A DNA stretch of 59,274 nucleotides, the filler included. It is 4 parts of 4 records of this genome, joined end to end, with 100 filler letters (N's around TTAATTAATTAA, not from the genome) between each part and the next. Parts side by side here need not be neighbours in the genome. Positions count along the whole stretch, not along the records: positions 1 to 17,650 come from SRR20825019_220; 3 more parts are not named here. One strand, 5' to 3'. Position 1 is the stretch's first letter. Each line of letters opens with the position of its first letter. Of this stretch, positions 1 to 11,175 are shown in pieces. The notes beneath the pieces are model-generated. The model was not told where the DNA came from, searched no databases, and saw only the letters and a list, made by a program, of their open reading frames with translations. Made by a program: the position numbers and the translations under genes.

Positions 1-1392
1 CTTCTTCTCCTTCTTCTCCTTTTTCTTCTTATCCCCATTGGCGGCGGGCTTCTCTACCATAGCCATCACCTCCTTCATAGCATCAATGTTCTTCTTCGGG
101 GTCTCCCCAGTATCATAGAAGTTCAGGCGCTCCTCGACCTGCTCCCTGAGCTTCACACCAAATTTGTCTGTTGTATCATCATTGAAGCAGTCAATACGTG
201 AAGCAATCGAGCACTTGTTGGCCAAGTAGCGAGAGATGCGACCCTTGTTCTTCTGCCCAGCACGACCAATGAAGCTCGAGTGGAAAATCAAACCATATTT
301 GGGGGTGTTGCCCTTAGTCTTCAGAGCCCTGAAAAGAGCCTTCTCGGCACCAAGGATCTGTACAGTTGAGGCAGGGTACTTGGCCAAGTTGGTCAACGAC
401 CCAGCATGGGAAATAAGGCGGGCGCCAACCTGCTCACCAATAAGTGCAGACAAATTGGGGGCAACATTGTTCATACGGGAAACGAGGTAGCCATGGAGCT
501 TCTTACGGTAATCAGCCAAGCTTACGACACGAGTCGCAAAGTTCTCAATATTAAGCATATCAATCTCCGAAATATCTGTTCCCATCGAAGACCTCGCCGC
601 ATCCAAAATCTGTTTGGCCTTCCCTGCATCCCCACTAATATTCTCAAGCTCATCAAGGCTGTCCTCGTTAATAGAGCTCTTGGACTTGATGAACTTAGCC
701 AATCGAGCAAACACAATATTGTCATTAACAATCTTGACGAGCTCGGGGAAGTGCCAGGAATACCACTCCCTCACACGCATGGCAAACGTGTTAATATCCT
801 TATCCAACTGATCAAGGAGGCAGATGGACTGAATAATCATATTATCAGCACGGTTGACGTTGAACTTGACCTTGGCACGCGAGTAGCTGTGTGCAAGACC
901 AAGCTGGGCCTTTTCGAGGTCGCCATCCTTCAGTGCCTTCAGGAAGGTATAGAAGTGCATGCGAATGCCGCGAATCAACTCATCAATATTCTTTCCGCTA
1001 GTACAGGGAAAACCGGCCTCCTGAATGGCATTACCAAGCTTAGCATCAGAAACACCAACTTTGTATCCGGCCTTCTTTCCACCCTTGGGGAGATTCATCT
1101 CTAAAAAGTTCTGCAAATCCTCAGTGATGTCACCTAAACACAACTGTAAGAACACTCGCCAACCATCACACATGTTTTCCCACTTACACTCCGACACAGC
1201 GTTGATATTAGCCAAAGCATTCTCTGCAGACTTGAAGGGAACAAAAGCCTTCAACTTCATCATCTTAGTGAAACGTCCCGCATCAAGAATAGCTTCCTGG
1301 ACCTGGTCCATCTGTTCACCAACTGCTTCCGACTGAAGACGCTCAAAAAGAGCGTACCCTGAGGCATTTTCGAAGAGGATAAAGGTAGTCAT
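1..1392 (-). CDS. NOP56: Nucleolar protein 56 (box C/D snoRNP core protein); 3' end runs off the window; one intron at 1134-1187
   Basis: Manual minus-strand translation gives [17 protein letters not shown]..., [125 protein letters not shown] and a KKEKKEKK tail, all hallmark NOP56 motifs. It is absent from the ORF track because it has no stop within the window. Confidence 0.95.
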   Translation of the reverse strand, partial: MTTFILFENASGYALFERLQSEAVGEQMDQVQEAILDAGRFTKMMKLKAFVPFKSAENALANINAVSECKWENMCDGWRVFLQLCLGDITEDLQNFLEMNLPKGGKKAGYKVGVSDAKLGNAIQEAGFPCTSGKNIDELIRGIRMHFYTFLKALKDGDLEKAQLGLAHSYSRAKVKFNVNRADNMIIQSICLLDQLDKDINTFAMRVREWYSWHFPELVKIVNDNIVFARLAKFIKSKSSINEDSLDELENISGDAGKAKQILDAARSSMGTDISEIDMLNIENFATRVVSLADYRKKLHGYLVSRMNNVAPNLSALIGEQVGARLISHAGSLTNLAKYPASTVQILGAEKALFRALKTKGNTPKYGLIFHSSFIGRAGQKNKGRISRYLANKCSIASRIDCFNDDTTDKFGVKLREQVEERLNFYDTGETPKKNIDAMKEVMAMVEKPAANGDKKKKEKKEKK

Positions 1393-2020
1393 ATTGAGTC
1401 CCCTGAGTTTCCTGGCTCTCACCACTAAGTATGTGAGCATATATTTGTGTTGAAGTGGGCGTCAACTCGGCAGTAGTGGGCCGTCCAGGTCTGGCACAAC
1501 ACTGAAGTTCAAGTGTGTGAGCGCGCTGTGGCCGCTGAAAAGTGATTAGTCCTTCCAACCACCCACAGATTTGGTGGGTGACCGTAAAGCGCACCCGCAA
1601 AGTATGTCGGTGGGTGATGAGAGGCTGACCACATGAAGCGCTCCTCAGTCAGCAAGCAGTCTCGTCTCCGCGGCAGCGGGCCGTCTCACTTAGGGCCTTG
1701 GCGTGGCCCGACCGGGAATCAAGCGATCTATTCTTGGGTTCGCCCTTACTTGGGGCCTTGTGCTGACTCTCACAATTTATCGGGCAGTCTCACCTTGGAC
1801 ATGTCATTGTATGTCAAGACGAGAAATCAGCACACCGATAATATGTTATATGTGATTATAATCAGGTTACCCGCACAGAACCCCGGAATTTTTAACCATG
1901 CTTAGTTAGAAGTTTATCATTTACCGGAGGTATTGCTTCATTTAATAACATCAATTGATAGCGCAATTATTATCTGCACCAACGTGCTTTGGGAATGTCA
2001 AGCCGGCAGCGGCAGACCGG

Positions 2021-4004
2021 TCACCGTTTGACAAGGATTCGCAACTTATCCAAATACATCTACAAAAGGAATCAGGCCTTGCATTCCAACACAGTACCTA
2101 AAAGACTTACACATGATAAGCTATCTTGGGGGAGTTCAGACTTGTTTGAAAATAGAGTCGCAAGCTCTGGTAACGCGCTGAGTCTTTTCTTCACATCCGA
2201 GTTTGAGCTTAGATGGCCAAGACACTTTATGCTATTTCTGGCGATATCCTCATCGCCAGACTTCGCTAGGCTAATCATCCGTCTCAATAGATCCGGGAAC
2301 TTTGAGAAAACTTTCTGAAGATCCGCTTCACAGCAGTTAGGATTCAATACATTCTTCCCGAATAGACTACATACATGCCACGGCGAGAATACCCAGCAAC
2401 TGCACAGTAAGCAATACCACTTCTTCATCCTTACTGTGAGCCACAGTGCTCAAAGAATCGATACCTCTGCCACTTATTATGCAGTTCTTCCCATCCCGTG
2501 CAGGAGTTCTGCTTTCAAAACTAGAAAGCTTATGTAGACAGTTCAGGATATCTATTTGCCAAGAAACATTTGGCACCTCCAATCACGTTTAGACATTAGA
2601 GAACAAGAGCACAAAAGAAAACTCACCTGTAACAATTTGCACAAGGCCTCCATTGCCTTCGAGTGGAGGAGCTGCTTTGCAGTGTTATCACGACACCATG
2701 CAACTGCTGTTGCTACAGCTGTCTTCTGCATTCGTTCATGTTGAGAGGTTGCTGCTTCTAGAAATGCTTGTATTTGGTCCTGAGGATCACCACCAACAAT
2801 GGGTGCCGCACGTACACTCGAAAGCCCCCTCCCATCAGAGCTCTGTGACATAGGCCCTTTGCTGTATGCTGCCTTCAACATTTCATTTGTTCTCTGAGGA
2901 CCATAGACAGCAGATATCCTTTCCTGGCAGTCATCTGTGAAAACGACTCTCAAAAGCAATCATAACTAGACCGACATTTCCTCACCAGAAGCCATCAAAG
3001 AACTCAGTATCAAATTACCACAATGCGCTAGTGCTGGCACAGTGCTATTGCTGATATCATCCAATACGAAGAGAAAGTTTGTGTACTTGCACAGGAATCG
3101 ACCATGGTCAGGGTTATCTTATGTGGAGTCAGACGTTGGGTCAACAGGTGATGAACACATTCATACCAGTCTCAACCAAACGTAACAGCGACTCCATAGT
3201 CATAACATGAATATCTGTTTCGTCTTCTTGTGATAGCAACGCCACGGCTGTCTCAAGGAAAGTCGTACTGAAAAAGGCGAATCCGTCCGATGAAGCCGCT
3301 GCTTCATTCTCAGAGCTGTACCCAAAGAAATATCCACACCGTCGCACCTTCGGCCATAATCTTCAGTGTCAAGGCACACTGACGGCGAACTTCGGAATCA
3401 GGAGAGCGAGCAAAACTGAAGAGCATCCCGTAGCCAAGGCCATCATTCTCAGCAAAACGCTCACACATAACGCCAGCATCTATTATCTCATTGTTAAATT
3501 TCAAGACGTGCAGACCATTGCTAGAGATGAACATTTCACCTGCAGACTGTATCTCTCCTAACATCGATGCGATATCCATCTGATTCGCCCTCCAAGTTTG
3601 GAGGACTACGTCTACTTTGGATGCCCTCCCCCCTGCTCTGCGGACTGGAGACATTCCAACAGACTTTTGCCCTTTCGATGAATTTGATCCCCCTGCAAAC
3701 GGACCCAGATTAAGTAGTGCAACAGTACGAGTAAAACAATCATACTCAGGTTACCCTTCCCAGCCAACACTTTAACAACGCTTCCGTCATGGAGCAAGTC
3801 TCCCACATAAAACTTGAACGGGAGAAATGCACCATCACCATCCTGCATTTTGGCAACGTGTAGACGGTGAGAACTTTCACTTCCAAAAAGCTCATTGTAT
3901 TCTGCTTCTATTGCCTCGGCAAGATTTGCTATTGACATATCACTAGAACCGATCATCATGAAGTCCCGGCCGTCGCCGACAAGAACTTTTAGCTTTATGG
4001 ACAT
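2021..4004 (-). CDS. Multi-exon armadillo/HEAT-repeat protein with N-terminal ubiquitin-like domain
   Basis: Successive minus-strand ORFs (3612-4049, 3310-3654, 3141-3347, 2552-2959, 2367-2582, 2072-2428) can be joined by short GT-AG introns (e.g. 3693-3754). ARM-like helical segments include 'SPDSEVRRQCALTLKIMA', 'SKDEEVVLLTVQLLGILA' and 'SGDEDIARNSIKCLGHLS'. The exon boundaries are only partly resolved; the last exon is inferred as MYLDKLRILVKR*. Confidence 0.65.
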
Positions 4005-5050
4005 ACTGTCGATGGACGGAGTGGCTAAACACCAGCAACGCAAGAACACTCTGGTACACTGATATTTCTAACTTCAGTATTCCAGTACGGACTCGTCGAG
4101 GCGCGGTCGGTACTGTGGGACACTAGGCGGAGTGTGGGCCCGGGCTGGGGCTTGGCCGGCCCCGCGCCGGGCCCGGACCCGCTGCCTGGCCGGGCCGGCG
4201 GCCCCCAGGCCCGTGGCGACCGGGGCGCGGTCCGGCGCCACTCAGTCACGCGGGACGCCGGCCGGCGGGGCACGGCCGTTTCCGTCCGGCACGCTCCCCG
4301 GCCCTCATCATCATTTTTTTGAGCAACCAGTGGGTGTTGGTCTAACTGCTAGATCCCGGCTCAAATCACGTTTCACGCCAACATCATCATCTTGGGCACC
4401 CGGCGTCACGACGACGGCGTGATCCTGATGAGGATGTACGCCGGTGTATGATCAAACAGGCCCCGATCACCGGTTCGACTACACTGGCCAGACTGACCAA
4501 GACTCCTAGAACCGGTCTGCGGCCGAGTCACCAAAAGGGGTGATCTTGGTTGACCCCTTACGTATTCTGGGTCCGTGGGTGTGTCGATCAATGGCTGGGG
4601 TACGGAGAGCCGAGTGAGTCCGCCGGTTCCGGTTCGGCGGCGGGCCGGGCGGTGATTCATCACTTTCTCCTCTGGTTGTGGGCGGCATCGGCCGGAGTTG
4701 GTCCGCATGGCGACTTTGGCCCGATTATGTACTCGATTTCGGAGTTTTGCGATGATAGTGTTCTGTGTCTTAGCGTTTGCTGCTGGTTATGAACCATGTC
4801 CACTTGATGTCGGGCGTAGAAGAAAGGCGTAACGCTGTCGGAAGAGCCTGGAGCAGTCGCATGTCTTCAGCATCATACCATGACAACACTGTCTCGGCAG
4901 AGTGTCGCTGGCGTTTAATTCTTGGGTCATGTTTGGACTCTTTACATATGACGCTCCTGAGATAGGAAATTAAGGAGTTAGTGTTCTTTTTTGGGGAGGT
5001 GAAGGTTTTGACATATGATACGCGCGTAGAAAACGCTTTGCACAACAAAC

Positions 5051-7658
5051 ATGTCTAAAGAGGTCGGAGAGGCAGAAGGTGCTGCTGTGGTGGCGCCTCC
5101 TGACGGTTGTGAGGAAGCTCCCTTGACTTCTTTTACTGAATGTGTCAAAACTAGGGTAGGGGTTGCGCGTATTGAGAGGTCAAACTCGGACCATTCTGAT
5201 GGAAGTTCTGCCCGAGGACAAGTAGAAAGGAACTCATCGATGTCGAGTACAAACCCAATATCTCTCCTCGCGAATATAGGTAACGTTGGGTCGTATCCCG
5301 ATAATGAGTTTGGTGATACACCTGGAGGAACGACCTCCACTGACACCACAACGCGAGTAAGCTTGAGTTCGGTTGCAGACTCTTTTACTGACGAGCCAAG
5401 TCTTCGGCGGGAGTCAAAGAATTCATTGAAGGGGGTTAATGAAGAAGCACCCGAAAATACGAAAAAGTTATTCCAGAGACGCCCATCCCCCCTGGATCAT
5501 AAGGCTTTTCTTGATCGAGTTGGAACTGTACCAATTAGGCGGCTTTCAAGTGTTGAAAGCGCAGACTTGAAATCAAGCAGTGGGAGGTTGTCAACTGGAA
5601 GTGGCCGTGAAGAAACATCTTCTCCAACGGGTCTGTCGCTGGCAAGCCCATCTAGTGTTGAAAGGAGGAACCTTCCTTTTGCATGGTCACCAGTGGGAGA
5701 TCCTCACGCCGCCCGGCCGAAGTCAGCACGAGCAGCACTAGAAGAGCGGCGGCGCCTTAGCTTCGAAACTGGGCGACAACGGAAGAGTGAAACATTGTCG
5801 AGAACAGCGATGCAGAATGTGCACGCGCATCAAAGGATGTCGGCAGATTCTGCTTTTGCGGGCGGGCTACCTGGTCGTCCTGGCCGTGTGAGTTCGTCTC
5901 CAGGACTGGCTATGTTGCAGATTTCAGACAAACATGAGCGGCCAACTGGCAGTGTTACCCCGTCCGACTTAACAACTAGGATAGGAGTACGGCGAAAATC
6001 CCTGGAGGGTAATTGTGAATCGGTGAATATTCTTCACTATTATACCATTGGAGAGACAATCGGGCGTGGTTCTAATGCTGTGGTTAAAGAAGCCACTGAC
6101 AAGGTGACTGGTGAGCCGGTGGCCATCAAAATCCTCAACATATCGAGTATGGCCCCTCAAAAGAAGAAGAGGGTGTTCGCTGAAATTGATATTCTTCGGG
6201 TGCGTTTACTGTTGTGGTGTAATTTCATAGCACTAACCATGTAATATTCAGTTATGCTCTGGGCACCCGAACATTATTAAGTTGAAGAAAGCTTTCACAT
6301 CCACTCGAAAGATTTATTTGGTCATGGAGAAAGTGTCTGGAGGAGAGTTGTTCGATCGCATTTGCAACAAGGGGCCTTACAAACAGAAAGATGCCGCACT
6401 TTTGACGAGGAAGTTGGCGTTGACCCTCGCCTTCTTGCATCAAAACAAGATTATTCACCGTGACCTTAAACCTGAGAATCTCCTGTTCACGGACAACAGC
6501 GTTGATTCCGAGCTGCGACTTGCTGATTTCGGCCTTGCAAAGCAGCTTGACGATAACGATCCTGCTAAGAGCCCTTGCGGGACACCTGGATATTGCGCCC
6601 CTGAGGTGGTGAATGGAAGCTATGACCACCTTGTTGATCTTTTTAGTTTAGGTGTTATTGTGTACGTTGTACTTTGTGGCTTTCCCCCCTTTTTTGATGA
6701 AAACTCGGATGCGATGTTTCGGCAAATACGAAATGAACAGTATGATTTTCCGTCACCGTACTGGGATGATATTGATGAGAATGCCAAGAACTTGATTCGA
6801 GGGCTGCTCGAACCGGACCCTGCGAAAAGACTCGACGTTGCGGGTGTTCTCGAGTCCCCTTGGATTGTCAAGTATTGTGGTGAGCCGCCAGAAAATTTGG
6901 ATTTGAAAAAGAAAGACTCGGATGTTTCCTCGAAGAGGTTTGACTCTATTCTTTCTTCGATGGGTGGAGGTGGGCGTAGGGACAGTGAATCGTTTTTCTA
7001 TGACAAAGACCGCGTTCTGCCGTCGAGCAGCAATCTGACGAAGAGAGTTGTGGCGGGCTCAGGTAGCCCTCTGGTATCTGCAAGAAATACCCAAGCGAAG
7101 AAGGCCCCTGCCAACCCTTATGGTGCCTCCACCAAGAGTGCGGTGAACCAGGCAATTCGGAAGACTATTGAGGCCGAGGAGAAGTCTTCGTCGATTCACT
7201 CAGGCAGTGAGCCCGGGTCACCTCCAAGACTTCAGCTCCCCCCTCCCTGGGTAGAGTCTGGAGATAGTGAGGGCCGCGCACCCATATCGCCTGCAATCTT
7301 TGGATCTGAGGCCCCGGAGGGCATTCCAGCAATAGAGCCAGATTCGAAGCCAGTTGCCGTTAAGGAAACGAGCAAGCGGGAGGAAAAACAAAAAATTGTC
7401 TCTTGTGAAGACAACGTGAAGAAAGAAAACACTGGTGCGCCAAAACCTAAGGACCAGGATGGTGAAGATGCTTGGACCACCAGTGAGGAAGAGGACCAGT
7501 CACCAAGGACACCGCGAGCCCCTCAGAGTTTGCTCATTCGCCAGTCCAGCATAGGGTCTGGTAGCTCCGAGGACCTGCTGCTGTCACCCACTGAGGGCCT
7601 CAGCATACGTGAGAGGCGGCGGGTTTTGCGCAATGCGAAAAGGAAGGCACTGAAATAG
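5051..7658 (+). CDS. Ser/Thr protein kinase, CaMK group (CaMK1-like), with long low-complexity N- and C-terminal regions; intron 6200-6251
   Basis: GRGSNAVVK Gly loop, VAIK, HRDLKPEN, LADFG, CGTPGYCAPE and LCGFPPFF motifs. A 52-nt GT..CACTAAC..CAG intron joins ORFs 5051-6244 and 6282-7658 in frame (...EIDILR|LCSGHPNIIKL...). Confidence 0.92.
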
Positions 7659-7902
7659 GAGCTTGTGTAGTTTGTTGATGGTGTATTCATGCTTTTGGTG
7701 GTTAAACCATGTGCCTCAAGCTCTTGTCGGCGGATTTGGCTTGTTGTGATGACAGTGCTAGAAGTGCATCAGCTGATGGCTCAGCAGGCCTCAAGTGCCA
7801 CTACCACTACCGTACATAAATTCCACTCACACACAGACAGTGTTCTAATGACAACAATTTATTGAGCACCCAAACCCCTCTATCAGTCCAATCATTGTGT
7901 CA

Positions 7903-10900
7903 TTAGCCTTCATCGTCATCGTCATCGTCCTTCTTTTTCTTCTTCTTGGCATCACGAGCAGCTTGTGCCTTGGCCTTCTTCATTCTATCCTTGCGTCTCG
8001 CCTTCTCCTCAGTGATATACGCCATTTTCTCGTCACGCTCTCGCTTAAGCTTTGCCTGCTTCTTCTTCCTCTTCTCCCAGCGCTTCTTCAACGCGTCATA
8101 CAGATTTGTGAGACGGTCTGAGTATTCAGAAAAGATGCCCTTGAGAATAGCAAGCGTGGAATAATCGATGTTCAACTCGGACTTGATGAACTGTTCCTTC
8201 ATAGCACCCCATCTCTCGTCGACCTTCGCCTTGATGAACGCATCGGCAAGGATAGCCAAGAAGATATTAGTCAGGATGAAGAAGATGAACAACATATAGG
8301 CCACAAAAAACAGAATAGCCATAAACTCATTGACCTCAAGCATTTCATCAAAACGGAACTGCCCCACAATCATCAGAGACAGCTCGGGCAAGGACTCTTG
8401 AATAGTTCGGAACTGTTCAATAGCCGGGCCGAACGATATGTTAACCCAAAAAACGAAACCAAGGAACGCAATTGCGAAAATGATGATGAAGACCAGCAAA
8501 TCATAGGATGCCTTGCCAAGGGTTGAGAAAATCAAGAAATACCTAGCGGTTGACTTCATGTATCTAAAAGAGTACAGGATAGCCACAGAAAGACCCAATC
8601 CATCAAAGTAAAACCCATTATTGTATCCCCTTGCTACGTCCTCCATATCCTGGAAGGAGCTGCGCTGAAGGTCAAACTGCCATGACTCGGAACGGAACCA
8701 AGTCATACACGTCGATATGAACCCCATCGAGTAAAGGACAACCATCACAAAGAAGATCAAGTTCCAGACATCCTGTAGGAATGTCACCACTTTCGACGGT
8801 TCCACCTCACCGTCCATTTCGTCATCTCCAGTGTGAAAAGGCGTGTCATCTTCTTCCCCTCTGAAGTGATTCCAAACCACCTTGCAGAACTTCAGCAGGT
8901 TGTGCCACACAAACAAAAGGTGCAGACAATAGAATATGAAGTAGGCAATAGATTCGGGACGAGCATTGACAGGGTCCATCTTGATATTCTTGAAGTTATA
9001 CTTCGGATCCACTTCACCACCAGGAGTGTGGTAGAACACAATCTGACAAACTGTGAAGTAGTTATATACATGGGAGTATGTTGTCCAGTTAATGTATACC
9101 GCCCTAGTTGGGGCACCAAGCCAACCATTCGCAGATAATTGTTCAATCTGCAACAAAGCCCGCGTTTGCATATCTTGCTGTGACAGGGTACGATCAATGA
9201 GGATATCTACCGCATAACCGGATCCATCGTCATATGTCACACCAGTCCCCGTAAACTGCGACGATGCCTTTAACGCCTCCGCTGTTTGATAAGAAAACCC
9301 TGATATCCAAGAGCAATCACCCGACGCAGTGGTACAAGACCCGAACCCTTGCGTTGCCGTAAAGTCAGACATCTCGGCGGTAGGAAATGGTTGCAACTTC
9401 GACAAGATCTGACGATTTAGTATGCCAGATACTTCATAATCCCCATAGCATACATCAGATACGGACGTAAACTCATTATCAATGCTGCAGCTATCACCCT
9501 TAACACGGATCTGCCTCAATCGAACACCGGCTATCAATTGATTATATATCCCCAAATAGAACCGATTGGCGTTGCTTGCGTCACCTGAGCCGGACGCACT
9601 GAACCCGTAATATGTGTCGTAGTTTTGAAAACCAGTTGGGAATAGTTGCGGAATCAACACGTTATATAAGTACTGGAATATATTTGCCAGCGTCGCTGTC
9701 TCGTCTATAGTTCGAAATGGCCCCCACACTAAATTAGAAAAATATTTTGTTTGCGCCGCGTCTGTTAATAGATTTGCCACTTTGGTACACGTAAACCCTG
9801 TATTCGCACACCATGTATTGTAGTGATCCAATCCAACAAACGAAATGCTACCATGGGAGTACTCTTCAGTAATCAGCAACGTATTGTAAGCTTCTGTGAT
9901 CGACAATGCCTCCTCAACACTTCTTCTCCAGCCAATAGATATCATCGCACAGGCGAGCCACACGATGTGCACAATCAATGACTGATAATCGCTCCTTCTG
10001 TTCTTACCCTGGTTCCTCAACTCTTGAGCGAATACACGAGCAAGATGAATTCTTTCTTTTCGACTATCGAGGAGATCGTTTTTCCACTTCTCTTCCAACT
10101 GAGCGTTGTACTTCGTCCTCGCCAACAGTTTTTCAATAGATACCTCGTGCGTAGCCTCCTTCGCCGCCTCCTTGCTCGAGTGAGCATCGTACCGAACACC
10201 ATCTTGGTCATTTTCAATCTCCTTGAGTAACTCCGCGGCCCTCAGGTTCGCTTCTTTCTCTTGTTCTGTTTTCCTTTCATCGGCCCCAAGTGCCTCTTCC
10301 TCAGTCACCAACTCGAGCTCTGGCTGATAATCCACACTACCACCTAGACCATACAGGACAGTCTTGACGGACTCCTCCAACTGAACTGGAAATTTCTTCC
10401 TTTCTCCACTTGGTAGACGATGAACAAGCACCAATTCTCCATAGTTACAATCGTGGTACTTACAGGAAACATCAATCAAGTCCTGAAGACTCATCCTCTG
10501 GAGGATTCGAAACTTCACAAACTCACCCTTGTGTCCCACAACCACGTAGTCGCGCAGCTTTAGGAGAGCCTGCGAAGGATCATAGTGACTGTTGGTCCTT
10601 TCCATGCCTTCATCTTCCTTCATCTTCCTGTTCAAATTGACCAATATTCGTATCATTTCCTTCACCTCTGGAAGGAGCTCTCTGTTCGCATCCAAGTTGT
10701 CAATATTGGCTTGGAAAGGAGCGCTCTCCGCCGTGCTTGCGAAAAAGTTTTCAATTTCGGACGGGTCCAAGATTTTCATCATGTTCTTGGTATTCCCTCC
10801 CGTCAAGTCATTCAAGAGGTCTTCCTGGAGCTTATCTGCCTGGTCAAACAAGTTGAATGCTTCCCACACCTCGTTCATATCATCGTCTGAAGAGTCCTGC

Positions 10901-11175
10901 TCCTGAGACACTCCTCCGTGTTGATTGTAGTACTCTACTTCCTCCGTTTTCGCTTTGTTGCGGTTCCGCAAATATGCAACCTCCTCCTGACGAAGCTTCT
11001 GCTGCTCGCTCAAAAGCCGCAACTTTCCTTCAAGCTTCTCTATTTTATCATTTCTGGCCAGATACTTTGACTTCACCTCAATGAAGGAACGTTTATCTAT
11101 ATTCTTTTGCTGGTCTAGTTGAAACACCGGTTCCTCCTCCTCGTGGTCGGCGTTTGCCGCCGCGGAGGTCGCCAT
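7903..11175 (-). CDS. Polycystin-2 / TRPP-like cation channel
   Basis: TOP-domain motifs NQLIAGVRLRQIRVKGDSC and LSANGWLGAPTRAVYINWTTYS, six TM segments, pore region FRTIQESLPELSLMIVGQF and S6 FFILTNIFLAILADAF, all matching PKD2-type patterns. The first in-frame ATG is at 11175 (the ORF track starts at a TTG, 11190). Confidence 0.88.
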   Translation of the reverse strand: MATSAAANADHEEEEPVFQLDQQKNIDKRSFIEVKSKYLARNDKIEKLEGKLRLLSEQQKLRQEEVAYLRNRNKAKTEEVEYYNQHGGVSQEQDSSDDDMNEVWEAFNLFDQADKLQEDLLNDLTGGNTKNMMKILDPSEIENFFASTAESAPFQANIDNLDANRELLPEVKEMIRILVNLNRKMKEDEGMERTNSHYDPSQALLKLRDYVVVGHKGEFVKFRILQRMSLQDLIDVSCKYHDCNYGELVLVHRLPSGERKKFPVQLEESVKTVLYGLGGSVDYQPELELVTEEEALGADERKTEQEKEANLRAAELLKEIENDQDGVRYDAHSSKEAAKEATHEVSIEKLLARTKYNAQLEEKWKNDLLDSRKERIHLARVFAQELRNQGKNRRSDYQSLIVHIVWLACAMISIGWRRSVEEALSITEAYNTLLITEEYSHGSISFVGLDHYNTWCANTGFTCTKVANLLTDAAQTKYFSNLVWGPFRTIDETATLANIFQYLYNVLIPQLFPTGFQNYDTYYGFSASGSGDASNANRFYLGIYNQLIAGVRLRQIRVKGDSCSIDNEFTSVSDVCYGDYEVSGILNRQILSKLQPFPTAEMSDFTATQGFGSCTTASGDCSWISGFSYQTAEALKASSQFTGTGVTYDDGSGYAVDILIDRTLSQQDMQTRALLQIEQLSANGWLGAPTRAVYINWTTYSHVYNYFTVCQIVFYHTPGGEVDPKYNFKNIKMDPVNARPESIAYFIFYCLHLLFVWHNLLKFCKVVWNHFRGEEDDTPFHTGDDEMDGEVEPSKVVTFLQDVWNLIFFVMVVLYSMGFISTCMTWFRSESWQFDLQRSSFQDMEDVARGYNNGFYFDGLGLSVAILYSFRYMKSTARYFLIFSTLGKASYDLLVFIIIFAIAFLGFVFWVNISFGPAIEQFRTIQESLPELSLMIVGQFRFDEMLEVNEFMAILFFVAYMLFIFFILTNIFLAILADAFIKAKVDERWGAMKEQFIKSELNIDYSTLAILKGIFSEYSDRLTNLYDALKKRWEKRKKKQAKLKRERDEKMAYITEEKARRKDRMKKAKAQAARDAKKKKKKDDDDDDEG

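Noticed and set aside
1134-1187. Intron-encoded snoRNA in NOP56
   Set aside because: Only 54 nt, with an imperfect C-box-like TGTGATG and no D box (CTGA).
236-1336. Plus-strand ORFs of 84-232 aa
   Set aside because: Antisense shadows of NOP56 with no recognisable motifs.
4025-5048. Several Pro/Arg/Gly-rich ORFs in the intergenic region
   Set aside because: Expected by chance in very GC-rich DNA; they overlap on both strands and show no domain signal.
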